The notes under the pieces were generated by a model that made no database searches, was not told where the DNA came from, and worked only from the letters and a program-made list of their open reading frames with translations. DNA of 64,000 nucleotides from Erysipelotrichaceae bacterium (lineage in GTDB: Bacteria; Bacillota_I; Bacilli_A; RFN20; CAG-826). Made by a program: the position numbers and the translations under genes. Position 1 is the first letter of the stretch. Every line of letters starts with the position of its first letter. The DNA is taken from contig SVAY01000005.1 in NCBI GenBank assembly GCA_015059185.1, forward strand, positions 2,093 through 66,092. The letters run 5' to 3'. This document shows, in pieces, positions 31,042 to 40,525 of this stretch.

Positions 31042-32952
31042 ATGAAAAAATCAAAATTATCATTATGTTTAGCTTCTAGCTTTGTAGCCGCTTTGTCTCT
31101 TGCTTCTTGTGGTAATAGTGTTAGTTCTAAAGATAACGCTGTTGTCTCCATTAAAAACTATAATGGTGAAACAGTTGATATCTTAACTGATGCTGCTTAT
31201 CGTAAGTACAAGACTGAGACTGATGGAGTATCAAAATTCTATAATGCAATTTTAGAAACTCTTATCAGATATGAATACGCAAATCCAGCATCTGCGATTC
31301 GTACTCAAAATTGGGCAAAGGGTATCAAAGGTAATTCAGAAATCATTGATGAAGCTAATAACAACGTCAAAAATGATAAAAGTACTGCTGAAGAAAATGC
31401 AAAAACTAATGGCACTTCCTACGAAACAGAATGGGAAAACATTTTAAGTTCTCATAACTGTGAAGATGAAGATGACTTAGTTGAATATTACATTTATCAA
31501 CTCGAGAAGGACGACATCACCGATAAGTTCTTCCTCGAACAAAAAGAATCCACATTATTAACTGAATGGATTGGTGTAAAAGATGATGGTAGTGATCCAA
31601 ATGGAACCGCGAAAGGTGTCTTCCCATATCATATCCGTCACGTCTTAACATCCATTTCCGGTGGCGCGACAAGTTTCTATAATGGTACAATCACACAAAG
31701 CGAAGCTAAAGCCTTACGTGATACCATGGAAGCTTTACTCAATACCAAATTTACATTCGCTGATGTCGCTAAACAAAAATCTGGCGATAAGGGCAGCGGA
31801 GCTAAAGGTGGTGACGTCGGTATTATGGCGACAACTACCTCATTCGTTAATGAATTTAAACTTGGTATTTATGCTTATGACGCTATTTATACCCATAAGG
31901 GAGATGACGCTAACGCAGTTATTGAAAATGGCTTAGGTATTGATAACACCTATAAATTAGACCTATTCAATCAAGATAATCCTGTTGGTATCAAAGACGC
32001 TTGGACCAATGATTCTTATGGAATCAATAAAGGCGCTATCCAAGAAGTCCCATTCGATGCATTCTTAAAGATTGGTGAACTCGCTGAAGACGAAAAAGAT
32101 GGTACAGGTAAGCAAGTTAACAAAGGTAATGAACATTATTACCCAAGAAACGTTTTATATAACTACTACCTCAACTTCCATAACCCATTCGTCATCACTA
32201 AAGAATCACTCGATCCATCAACTGGCTTCCCAGTTCCATATGCTGGTGATGAATACGATGCTAGATTTGAAGAAGTCGCTTTACCACAAGGCAATAGAGA
32301 AGTCTTAGTTGACGAAGCTGGAAACGTCATCATCGGTTGTAGAAGTGAACATGGTATCCACTTCATGATCATGGAAAAATCTATTTATGAATACGGTAAA
32401 GGTGGTAATGAAGGAACTTCATTAGAAGAATACTACACTTCCTACACACCAAGTGATACTGAATATCCAAAGGATAAAGATGGTAACAATAAAGATACCT
32501 ATGTATCCTTCATTCAAACAAACGATAATACTACTTACACAAGTAGAGCAAGTGAAGTGAAGAGTGCTGTTAAGTCATTCGACTCCACTTATGACTATCG
32601 TTTATTCGAATACATCCTCAAAATTGAAGGAGAAAACATCTCCATCAAAGATGCAGGATTAAAGAGCGCTATTGAAGAGTATATCTCTCGTACTCGTATC
32701 ACAAATTCCGATAACGCTTACAAAACCTTAAATGAAGCTTGGAGAACATATACTGAACTCGTCGCCCTCCAATACGATAATAGAACCAACGACTGGAAAG
32801 CCACTGATGATACTATTACCGATAGAACAAGCGATGGACGTTCCTCCACATTCAGAACTATCCACCCAAGATGTGCAGTAGGCTTTAAGGATAAAGCTAA
32901 TACATCTGCTGCTGATTGGAGCAAAGGAGGTATTTGTTACTATGAAGACTAA
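31042..32952 (+). CDS. Lipoprotein with a parvulin-type PPIase domain (PrsA-like) carrying a large insertion
   Basis: Lipobox LASC; parvulin motifs HIRHVL, FADVAKQKSGDKGSGAKGGDVG, FVNEF, SEHGIHFM; near hit/yhaM as prsA is in Bacillus. Confidence 0.7.
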   Translation: MKKSKLSLCLASSFVAALSLASCGNSVSSKDNAVVSIKNYNGETVDILTDAAYRKYKTETDGVSKFYNAILETLIRYEYANPASAIRTQNWAKGIKGNSEIIDEANNNVKNDKSTAEENAKTNGTSYETEWENILSSHNCEDEDDLVEYYIYQLEKDDITDKFFLEQKESTLLTEWIGVKDDGSDPNGTAKGVFPYHIRHVLTSISGGATSFYNGTITQSEAKALRDTMEALLNTKFTFADVAKQKSGDKGSGAKGGDVGIMATTTSFVNEFKLGIYAYDAIYTHKGDDANAVIENGLGIDNTYKLDLFNQDNPVGIKDAWTNDSYGINKGAIQEVPFDAFLKIGELAEDEKDGTGKQVNKGNEHYYPRNVLYNYYLNFHNPFVITKESLDPSTGFPVPYAGDEYDARFEEVALPQGNREVLVDEAGNVIIGCRSEHGIHFMIMEKSIYEYGKGGNEGTSLEEYYTSYTPSDTEYPKDKDGNNKDTYVSFIQTNDNTTYTSRASEVKSAVKSFDSTYDYRLFEYILKIEGENISIKDAGLKSAIEEYISRTRITNSDNAYKTLNEAWRTYTELVALQYDNRTNDWKATDDTITDRTSDGRSSTFRTIHPRCAVGFKDKANTSAADWSKGGICYYED

Positions 32953-34783
32953 GCATATTTCTAAAGTGCTTGCACTTTCCGTCCTTGGTTTATTCGCTTT
33001 AACCGGTTGTGACGAAATCGTTGCTAAACCAACTCAATACGAAGAACCATTAGTGACCCTTCCATCTTCCTTCGAAGAAGAAGTCGTTAATAACATTGCT
33101 TCCGTTGTTTATGATTCTATCCATGAATCAGGTATCGGTAGCGATGTCTTAAATGAAGTCTTATACTTATATTCCGTCAATATGTTTGGCCCATATAACA
33201 GTAATGTCGTGGTCAACAACGCTAAAGTTGGTGACAGCGCAATCACCTTAGTCCAAGCCGCTACTGACGCAACAAAGATTGATGCCTTCGTCCAAGCTCA
33301 CAAAGCTTACTGGGATTCATCAAGAACTGATGCTTCCGCCTCCGCTAGTGAAAGCGAAAAGAAGAGAGTCGAAGCCAAATATCACACTATCGAAGATAGA
33401 ATTGCTGAAGAAATGTATTCAAAGATTTCTGGCGGTACCTATACTGATAGACATATCTATTCTGAAAAGAAACTCCTCAAGAGTTTAAGAGGATCTCTTG
33501 AATCCGTTAGTAACCCAGATGTCGCTGAAGAAGTGGCTGAAGGATTCTATGAAACCCAAATCCTCCCAGAAGTTGAACCAGAGAATGTCTTTGGTAACTA
33601 CTTACACCGTAGCTATTACGATTCTGATAAGAACACCTACATCGTTGATGAAGTGATTCCTACCATCTATCGTCAACTTATGGCAGAACAATACTTACTT
33701 GAAGAAACATATAACACCTTAGGTCGTTCATATGCTCGTCAAGTTAACATCATCAAATTCGCTAACAACGAAAACTATCCTAACGCTGCTTATTATTTAG
33801 CGAAGGAATTAGTTGATGAAATCAACGCCTCTCCAGAAGATTATAAAGTTGGTAGAATTGCTGAACTTGGATTATTAAACAGATTTAAGCAATACTCCAA
33901 TGCTTCTGTTGGTGTTATCGGTGCATTAGGTGATGAAGCTGCCATCTTAGATGCTGCTGGCATTACTAAAGGTGTCATCAATACTGGTGATGCTACACTT
34001 GATACCGAATTAGAAGATGAACTCGGTACCTACTACTTAGGTACAAGCTATGGTGACTTAGCTGAAAAATATGTTCGTATGAAAAACGTTGCCGCTTATG
34101 GCGTCAGCTCTGAATACGAAAATAGCTTCTCTAACACCAACGCTTATCCAACTTATGTTGGTTTAGAACAACAAACATTAGCCTTAAAAGAAAACGATAA
34201 TACCACTACTGGTTGGTATGTGAAAAACGGTGGTTTAACCGAATTACCAGAATCAATCAGAAGTAGATTATTTAACATCGGCGTTGCTACCGGCGTTAAA
34301 GATAGCGCAGACGATAAAGCTGCCGCTGAAAGAACATATGGTACTGACGGTTGGAAAGAAGCCGAAGGTGAAAGTGCTTATGTTTGTAGAATTAATGGCC
34401 ACTATTACTTAAAGACAGCTTCTAGAGTGAAGGGTGATTCCATCGAAAACGACATCCTCCATTACGATGCTGATAGTAAGAGCTATTATATCGTTGAAAT
34501 CGAACAAGCCGTTTCTGCTTCTAAACTCTCTAAGACTAGTACACGTAACTACGCGCACACTATCTCAGAAGAAACAATGCAAGAAATCATCAACGAGGTT
34601 TCTAAGATTGTTGGTAAGGGCGAAAGCTATTCTACCTTAGCGACTAAGAAGTATCTCAAAGCCATGAACATCGAATACCATGATGAAAGTGTCTATGACT
34701 ACTTCAAGACTAACTATCCAGAATTATTCGATGCTGATGCAGAATCAACTTCTAGTAGTAGTAGTGAAGCTGCTGCTGAATAG
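32942..34783 (+). CDS. Lipoprotein, possibly a degenerate PrsA/parvulin paralog
   Basis: Lipobox LTGC; weak parvulin-like segments ARQVNII, GWY...LPESIRSRLF, SYYIVEIE; Ser-rich tail. Confidence 0.6.
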   Translation: MKTKHISKVLALSVLGLFALTGCDEIVAKPTQYEEPLVTLPSSFEEEVVNNIASVVYDSIHESGIGSDVLNEVLYLYSVNMFGPYNSNVVVNNAKVGDSAITLVQAATDATKIDAFVQAHKAYWDSSRTDASASASESEKKRVEAKYHTIEDRIAEEMYSKISGGTYTDRHIYSEKKLLKSLRGSLESVSNPDVAEEVAEGFYETQILPEVEPENVFGNYLHRSYYDSDKNTYIVDEVIPTIYRQLMAEQYLLEETYNTLGRSYARQVNIIKFANNENYPNAAYYLAKELVDEINASPEDYKVGRIAELGLLNRFKQYSNASVGVIGALGDEAAILDAAGITKGVINTGDATLDTELEDELGTYYLGTSYGDLAEKYVRMKNVAAYGVSSEYENSFSNTNAYPTYVGLEQQTLALKENDNTTTGWYVKNGGLTELPESIRSRLFNIGVATGVKDSADDKAAAERTYGTDGWKEAEGESAYVCRINGHYYLKTASRVKGDSIENDILHYDADSKSYYIVEIEQAVSASKLSKTSTRNYAHTISEETMQEIINEVSKIVGKGESYSTLATKKYLKAMNIEYHDESVYDYFKTNYPELFDADAESTSSSSSEAAAE

Positions 34784-34798
34784 TTAACCATTCATATT

Positions 34799-34824
34799 AA
34801 GGGGCACATACGTGTCCCTTTTTT
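34799..34824 (+). terminator. Intrinsic terminator
   Basis: GGGGCAC-loop-GTGTCCC followed by a T-tract. Confidence 0.85.
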
Positions 34825-34901
34825 GTTGCCATAATTTGAACTATATATAGCAATATGGTAGAATATCTATCGCTTGCCAAAGTAAAAGGAAGTGATGAAG
34901 A

Positions 34902-35918
34902 GTGCCTGATCCGTTATCGTGGATAATAATTATTATTTGTATTTTCGGACACTTTTTCTTCTCGAGTGCAGAAACCGCTCTTAGCTGTTGTAATCGCTTC
35001 AAGATGCAAGTTGAAGCTGATGAAGGCAAGTCCAGTTCTAAACTAGTTGTTAAAATATGTGAGAAGTTCGATAGGGCTCTCACCACTATATTAGTTGGTA
35101 ATAATATTGTTGCTGTTGTGATATCAACCGTCTCAACCATCCTTTTCTATAACCTTCTTAGCGGTAGTGGAATTGGAGAATATTCTTCTTTAATATCTTC
35201 TATTATTATGACAATCATCGTTTATATATTTGGAGATACCTTACCTAAAACAATCGCAAGAGCTATCCCAGATACAATGTCAAAGATTGTCGCTTATCCC
35301 ATCTATATCTTATCTATTATCTTTTATCCTTTAACCCTTTTATTTGAAGGAATGGTTCACTTATTTGAAATCATCTTTAAAAATAAAAACGAAGAAGATT
35401 TCACCTCTCATGATTTAGAAAAAGTCTTAGAGCATTCTGAAGAAGAAGGCGAGATCATTGAAGAGAACGCCGACATCATTCAAAGCGCACTTGATTTCGT
35501 CGATACCACTGCTAAAGATGTTTTAACTAGACGTAGTAAGATATTTGCTCTAGATATTAACGGGCTCACGAACGAGAAACTTAACGAAGCAATTAATAAC
35601 ACTAATTATTCACGTATTCCTCTCTACGAAGGAGAACTAGATAACTATATCGGTGTCCTCCACGTAAAAACATATATTAAAGAATATCTCGCAAATCCTA
35701 ACGTCAATATTAGAGATATCCTTCAAGAACCATATGTTGTGATGAATAAGATTGAACTCGTTGACTTATTAGAAGGGTTTAAAAAGCATCACACTCATTT
35801 AGCAATGGTCACCAATAAAGATAACCGTATTATTGGTATGGTCACCATGGAAGATGTCTTAGAAGAACTTGTTGATGATATCAGTGAACCTCTACTTGTA
35901 AAGGAGGAAGCTAAATAA
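34902..35918 (+). CDS. CNNM/DUF21-CBS (HlyC/CorC) family transporter, lacking the C-terminal CorC domain
   Basis: FFSSAETA, ILVGNN, GDTLPK, YSRIPLY, VTMEDVLEELV. Confidence 0.88.
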   Translation: MPDPLSWIIIIICIFGHFFFSSAETALSCCNRFKMQVEADEGKSSSKLVVKICEKFDRALTTILVGNNIVAVVISTVSTILFYNLLSGSGIGEYSSLISSIIMTIIVYIFGDTLPKTIARAIPDTMSKIVAYPIYILSIIFYPLTLLFEGMVHLFEIIFKNKNEEDFTSHDLEKVLEHSEEEGEIIEENADIIQSALDFVDTTAKDVLTRRSKIFALDINGLTNEKLNEAINNTNYSRIPLYEGELDNYIGVLHVKTYIKEYLANPNVNIRDILQEPYVVMNKIELVDLLEGFKKHHTHLAMVTNKDNRIIGMVTMEDVLEELVDDISEPLLVKEEAK

Positions 35919-37174
35919 TGAGCTGGGAATATTATGTCTTAGTATTGATTCTCCTCGTTTTCAGCGCCTTTTTCAGTGCGAGTGACATGGTTTACGGAGT
36001 AGTTGATAAAAGAAGGCTAGAAGAGGCTAAAAATAAGGGTAGTAAGCGTGCGGCGGTTGCTCTTGACCTCGCTAATAACTACGAATTATCTATTTCCTCT
36101 ATTTTATTCGGAAATAATTTAGTTAATATCTTAGCTTCATCTATCGTTACTTTAATCGGTGTTAGCTATTCTCCTGACGTTGGACCTATTGTTGCAGCGA
36201 TTATCTTCACTATCATCGTTATTATATTTGGCGAATTCTTCCCTAAGGCTTTAGCAAAGAAGCTTAATTATTCTCTTGCTTTATTATTTGCCTATCCTGT
36301 TAAGATCTTCACCTATATCTTCTTTATCTTTACCTATCCTTTCTCGTTCATCTTTAAACTTGTCGCTCGTTTATTTAAAAAGAAAGTGAAAGAAGATCAC
36401 ACTATCTCGGAAGAAGTGTTAGATGAAATGATTGATGAAATTGAAGAGACGGGTGAACTAGAAAAAGATGAAGCCGAAATTGTAAGAGGCGCGATTGATT
36501 TAATGGATATCCAAGCATTTGAAATTATGACTCCTCGTGTCGAAGTTCACGCGTTTGATATTGATGACGATATAAAGGAAATAACGGAGAATGAATGGCT
36601 TTTTGATTATTCTCGTGTCCCTGTTTATGAAGACACCATTGATAATATAATCGGCATTATTCCTATTAAGTTATTATCTAAAAAACTATTAAATAAAGAA
36701 GAGATAAATATCAAAGAATTAATGTATAAACCTATTATTATTCCACGTAATTATCAAGTGATTAATCTTCTTAATGACTTTAAACGTGAAGGTATTCATA
36801 TCGCGATTGTGAAAGATGAATACGGTGGCACAGAAGGTATCATCACTATGGAAGATATCTTAGAAGAAATCGTTGGAGATATCTTTGATGAAACTGATGA
36901 AATAAGTGAAGAAGTAATTAAAAAGAATAAGAACACTTATATAGTTGACGGAGGGATGAACCTTGACGACTTCTTTGAACTCATCGATTATAACGATGAA
37001 TTTGAAACTGATTACACAACAGTAGGAGGTTTCATCCAAGAACTCAAAGGTGGCTTCGCTCATATCGGAGAAAGATTTAAATTCTCCCATTATCGTATTA
37101 AGGTACTCGACGCGGATGAATTTACTGTTAAGAAAATTCAAATTAGAGATATAAGTAAAACAAAAGGAGTATAA
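35918..37174 (+). CDS. CNNM/DUF21-CBS-CorC (HlyC/CorC) family transporter
   Basis: FFSASD, GEFFPK, MTPR, YSRVPVY, DEYGGTEGIITMEDILEEIVG, TVGG. Confidence 0.92.
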   Translation: MSWEYYVLVLILLVFSAFFSASDMVYGVVDKRRLEEAKNKGSKRAAVALDLANNYELSISSILFGNNLVNILASSIVTLIGVSYSPDVGPIVAAIIFTIIVIIFGEFFPKALAKKLNYSLALLFAYPVKIFTYIFFIFTYPFSFIFKLVARLFKKKVKEDHTISEEVLDEMIDEIEETGELEKDEAEIVRGAIDLMDIQAFEIMTPRVEVHAFDIDDDIKEITENEWLFDYSRVPVYEDTIDNIIGIIPIKLLSKKLLNKEEINIKELMYKPIIIPRNYQVINLLNDFKREGIHIAIVKDEYGGTEGIITMEDILEEIVGDIFDETDEISEEVIKKNKNTYIVDGGMNLDDFFELIDYNDEFETDYTTVGGFIQELKGGFAHIGERFKFSHYRIKVLDADEFTVKKIQIRDISKTKGV

Positions 37175-37197
37175 TATCTATTAGAGGTTTTAACACT

Positions 37198-37611
37198 ATG
37201 GAAAAAGATGTTTTTTGTAAAATTATTGATGGTGAGATTCCTTCTTACCGTATCTATGAAGATGATGATGTCATCGCAATATTAGATATATCTCAAGTAA
37301 CCAAAGGACACACTTTAGTGATCTCTAAAAAGCATTATGAAAACTTCTTAGCCACTCCTAAAGATGTCATGCATAAAGTGATGGATGTTGCTCAAAGAAT
37401 TGGACAAGCTCAAATCACTACTTTAAACGCTAAAGGAGTGAATATCTTAACTAACTGCTATCCAGAAGCAGGACAGACAGTGATGCACTTCCACGTGCAC
37501 GTTATTCCACGTTATGAAAATAATGATGGCTTTATCCTCACGATGAAAGAGAATGATGGAGATCTCAATCTCCCAAGCATCTGTGAATCAATTAGAAGAG
37601 AGATGAAATAA
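37198..37611 (+). CDS. hit: HIT family hydrolase
   Basis: FCKII, GHTLVI, AGQTVMHFHVHVIPR. Confidence 0.93.
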   Translation: MEKDVFCKIIDGEIPSYRIYEDDDVIAILDISQVTKGHTLVISKKHYENFLATPKDVMHKVMDVAQRIGQAQITTLNAKGVNILTNCYPEAGQTVMHFHVHVIPRYENNDGFILTMKENDGDLNLPSICESIRREMK

Positions 37612-37641
37612 GAAAATGGGGCGGCTGTCCCATTTCTTTTT
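37611..37641. terminator. Bidirectional terminator between hit and yhaM
   Basis: AAATGGGGC-loop-GTCCCATTT flanked by A and T tracts. Confidence 0.75.
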
Positions 37642-37651
37642 ATAAATAAAA

Positions 37652-38581
37652 TTATTTATGTTTATAGAATAAACGGGAATCTAAGGCGAATATTTTTTGA
37701 GTGAATTCACCATCTTTAGTTTCGTCTAATGCTTTATTTAATATAGTTAACTTAGAATCGGTATTATCAATTAAATGTAAGGCGAGAGCTTCACTAGTTA
37801 AAGGAAGGACTGGAGAACCATATTCATGTTGCCCATGATGAGAAAGAATCATGTGTTGAAGTAATAGAGGCACTTCACTAGTGATATTAAGTTTATCAGC
37901 GGCTTCTTTAATCTCTGCGGCCATGATAGAGATATGACCAATTAATTTACCTTCTAAAGAATAATGATAGATTACTGGTCCTTCTAACTCAGTTAATTTA
38001 CCAATGTCATGGAGAATGATACCGGTTAATAATAAGTCTCTATTGATATTCTTATAGTTAGAGGCAATAAATTCACCCATTTTAAGCATTGAAACAATGT
38101 GCATAAGAAGACCACTACTATATTCATGGTGAATAGAACTCGCGGCAGGATAAACATAGAGCTTATTATCATATTTAGAAATAAAATATTTTAATAAAGT
38201 CACACAGTCTGGGTTCTTAATGCTATCAGCATAGCCTTGAAACTCTTTAGTTAATTGTTCTTTACTCACTGGAGGAGTTTGGATAAGCCGAGTAATATCA
38301 ATCTCATCTTCAGTTAATAATCTTGCAGTGATAATCTTAGCTTGTAAGGCTTCTTTATATTTAAGAATCTCGGCAGTGATCTCTGCAACATTTCCAACCA
38401 CAAAGATGGAATCATCTTCACTAGTAACTTCCCACTTTTTTGCCTGAATTTGTCCACTTGAATCTCTAAGTTCAATATTCAAGTATGGTGAACCTAAATT
38501 ATTGACACATCTACTGACATTAGAGATAAGAAATTGACCAGTTACTCTTTCTCCTTCAGTTAATTCTTTAATAAATTTCAT
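37652..38581 (-). CDS. yhaM: 3'-5' exoribonuclease YhaM/Cbf1 (OB + HD)
   Basis: OB fold (LRDSSG), PAA..HH, LHDIGK, EGKLIGHI, ILSHHG..EYGSP. Confidence 0.9.
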   Translation of the reverse strand: MKFIKELTEGERVTGQFLISNVSRCVNNLGSPYLNIELRDSSGQIQAKKWEVTSEDDSIFVVGNVAEITAEILKYKEALQAKIITARLLTEDEIDITRLIQTPPVSKEQLTKEFQGYADSIKNPDCVTLLKYFISKYDNKLYVYPAASSIHHEYSSGLLMHIVSMLKMGEFIASNYKNINRDLLLTGIILHDIGKLTELEGPVIYHYSLEGKLIGHISIMAAEIKEAADKLNITSEVPLLLQHMILSHHGQHEYGSPVLPLTSEALALHLIDNTDSKLTILNKALDETKDGEFTQKIFALDSRLFYKHK

Positions 38582-39372
38582 AAATATTTATCCTCCCACA
38601 TATTAATTACATCATTCATCTTATATCCTTTTCTAAGGAGAGACTGAAAGACCTTATCTTTAAATTCTCTACCAGAATATTTCTTATCATATTGGCGAAT
38701 GGTTTTAACAAAATCTTGCTTTAATTTATTCATCTCATCTTTATGTTTAGGCGCATCAATCATCGAAGCAATTTCACTTGCTATATGAGTGTCAAAACCT
38801 TGAGAGATTAAATATTTCATCGCATGATCTTTTTTCGCTTGATAATTATATTTATCATACTTCTTATTGATATAGTCTAAATAACTTTTAGCCTTCTTAT
38901 ATTCAAGTTTTTCATCGAATTCAATTTTATTAATTTCTTCGTAAAACACGCCTTTTTCTATTAATTTTGCAGTAATTTTGTTTTTTCCAATGTTTTTATT
39001 ATTTGAAAAATCTACAAATTCTTTTACGAACTCACTATCATCAATTAAGCCATTTTTCTTAAGTTTATCAATCACATCATTAACATCAATTTTGTTATCA
39101 GTCTTGAGATATAACTTCTCACGCATCTTATGTTCACTATAAACGCGTTTAGTAGCAATTTTTCTTGCGTAGTTATATAAATCAAAGATACGAACTTGTT
39201 TATCAATATCTTTAATTTCTTTTTCACTTAACACTTTCCCTTTAAATAAATAAAAAGATGTGAACACTTCTTGCGGTAATTCAATACGTGATTCATCTCT
39301 TAGTTTAATTACTACTTTATTCTTAAGTACTTTGATGGAGGTGATTTTATTACCAATATTTTCTAATGGCAC
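38578..39372 (-). CDS. recX: RecX family regulator
   Basis: SEHKMREKL, LIDD..F, GKNKI...L..KG, QGF, RKGY helical repeats. Confidence 0.8.
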   Translation of the reverse strand: MPLENIGNKITSIKVLKNKVVIKLRDESRIELPQEVFTSFYLFKGKVLSEKEIKDIDKQVRIFDLYNYARKIATKRVYSEHKMREKLYLKTDNKIDVNDVIDKLKKNGLIDDSEFVKEFVDFSNNKNIGKNKITAKLIEKGVFYEEINKIEFDEKLEYKKAKSYLDYINKKYDKYNYQAKKDHAMKYLISQGFDTHIASEIASMIDAPKHKDEMNKLKQDFVKTIRQYDKKYSGREFKDKVFQSLLRKGYKMNDVINMWEDKYL

Positions 39373-40525
39373 GTTTATAGACCTCCAAGATGTTACTATA
39401 GAATTTATCCATAGAATATTGATCGATGACTTGCATCGCTTTTTCGTTAATTATGTCAATCTCTTGTTTTGATAAAGAAAGAATCTTTTCAACTTTAGAA
39501 ATATAACTAAATTCATCAGTAAAGAAGAAGCCAGTTTCTCCATCAATTATGGTGTTGGTTAAGTTATCATCAAACCTCGCTAAAACGATCACACCTGCCG
39601 ACATTGCTTCCATAAATGTTAAGCCTTGTGTCTCGGTAATAGAAGCAGAGTTATAAATATCCGCTAAATGGTAATAGAACGGCACCTCTTGAGCGCTTAC
39701 AAAGCCAATGAAGTCAACAAGATGAGAAATATGTAATTCATGAGTTAAAAGCTCTAATTCACTTCTTTGAGGGCCATCTCCAACAACTATCATCTTCACT
39801 TTTTCATCAGGATGTTTAGCAACATAACTACTGAAGAAACGGATAGAGATATCCATGCTCTTTTCTTTTGCAATTCTTCCTAATAAAAGGATGACTTTTG
39901 TATCTTCATCAATATGATGTTCTTCTTTAAAGGCTTTCGCTCTTTCTAAATCAAACTTCTCTTTAGAGAACAAAGAGAAATCAATACCAGTAGGAATGAC
40001 ATTGATATAAATATCAGTACCAACACTTCTCATAAAGTCTTTAGTCTTCACGCTTGGGGTGATAAACTCTGTTGCTCTAGTAGCAATACCACGTGAATAA
40101 GCTCTTACCACTTTCTTCGCTACGCGGTCTAAAACACCATGTGTCGCATAATACGTATAATCTTCATAAGAAGTATGATATGTATAAACAATTGGTAATT
40201 TAAGTCTTCTAGCCGCCCTACGAGCAAAGATACCTACAGTCGCATCGGTTTGGTTATGGATTAATTCAATATTATTTTCCTTAAGAATCTTACAGACTGT
40301 ATTATCGTAGATACGAGTGATACGATAACCATAAAGATTCTTCATCTCAATACCTGGCATATAGATGATGTCATCTTTAAATTCAAGCTTACCAGCGGTA
40401 GTACGAGGAGTAACCACAATTACTCTATGACCGTGCTCACGTAAAGTTTTAGTGAGGTTATAACAAGATGTCGAAACACCGTTAATAAATGGAGGGAAAG
40501 TATCAGTAAAAAGCGCGATATTCAT
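39350..40525 (-). CDS. GT4 glycosyltransferase (diacylglycerol glucosyltransferase-like)
   Basis: FTDTFPPFINGVSTS, TYHT, GRIAKEK, SITETQGLTFMEAM. Confidence 0.85.
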   Translation of the reverse strand: MNIALFTDTFPPFINGVSTSCYNLTKTLREHGHRVIVVTPRTTAGKLEFKDDIIYMPGIEMKNLYGYRITRIYDNTVCKILKENNIELIHNQTDATVGIFARRAARRLKLPIVYTYHTSYEDYTYYATHGVLDRVAKKVVRAYSRGIATRATEFITPSVKTKDFMRSVGTDIYINVIPTGIDFSLFSKEKFDLERAKAFKEEHHIDEDTKVILLLGRIAKEKSMDISIRFFSSYVAKHPDEKVKMIVVGDGPQRSELELLTHELHISHLVDFIGFVSAQEVPFYYHLADIYNSASITETQGLTFMEAMSAGVIVLARFDDNLTNTIIDGETGFFFTDEFSYISKVEKILSLSKQEIDIINEKAMQVIDQYSMDKFYSNILEVYKRAIRKYW

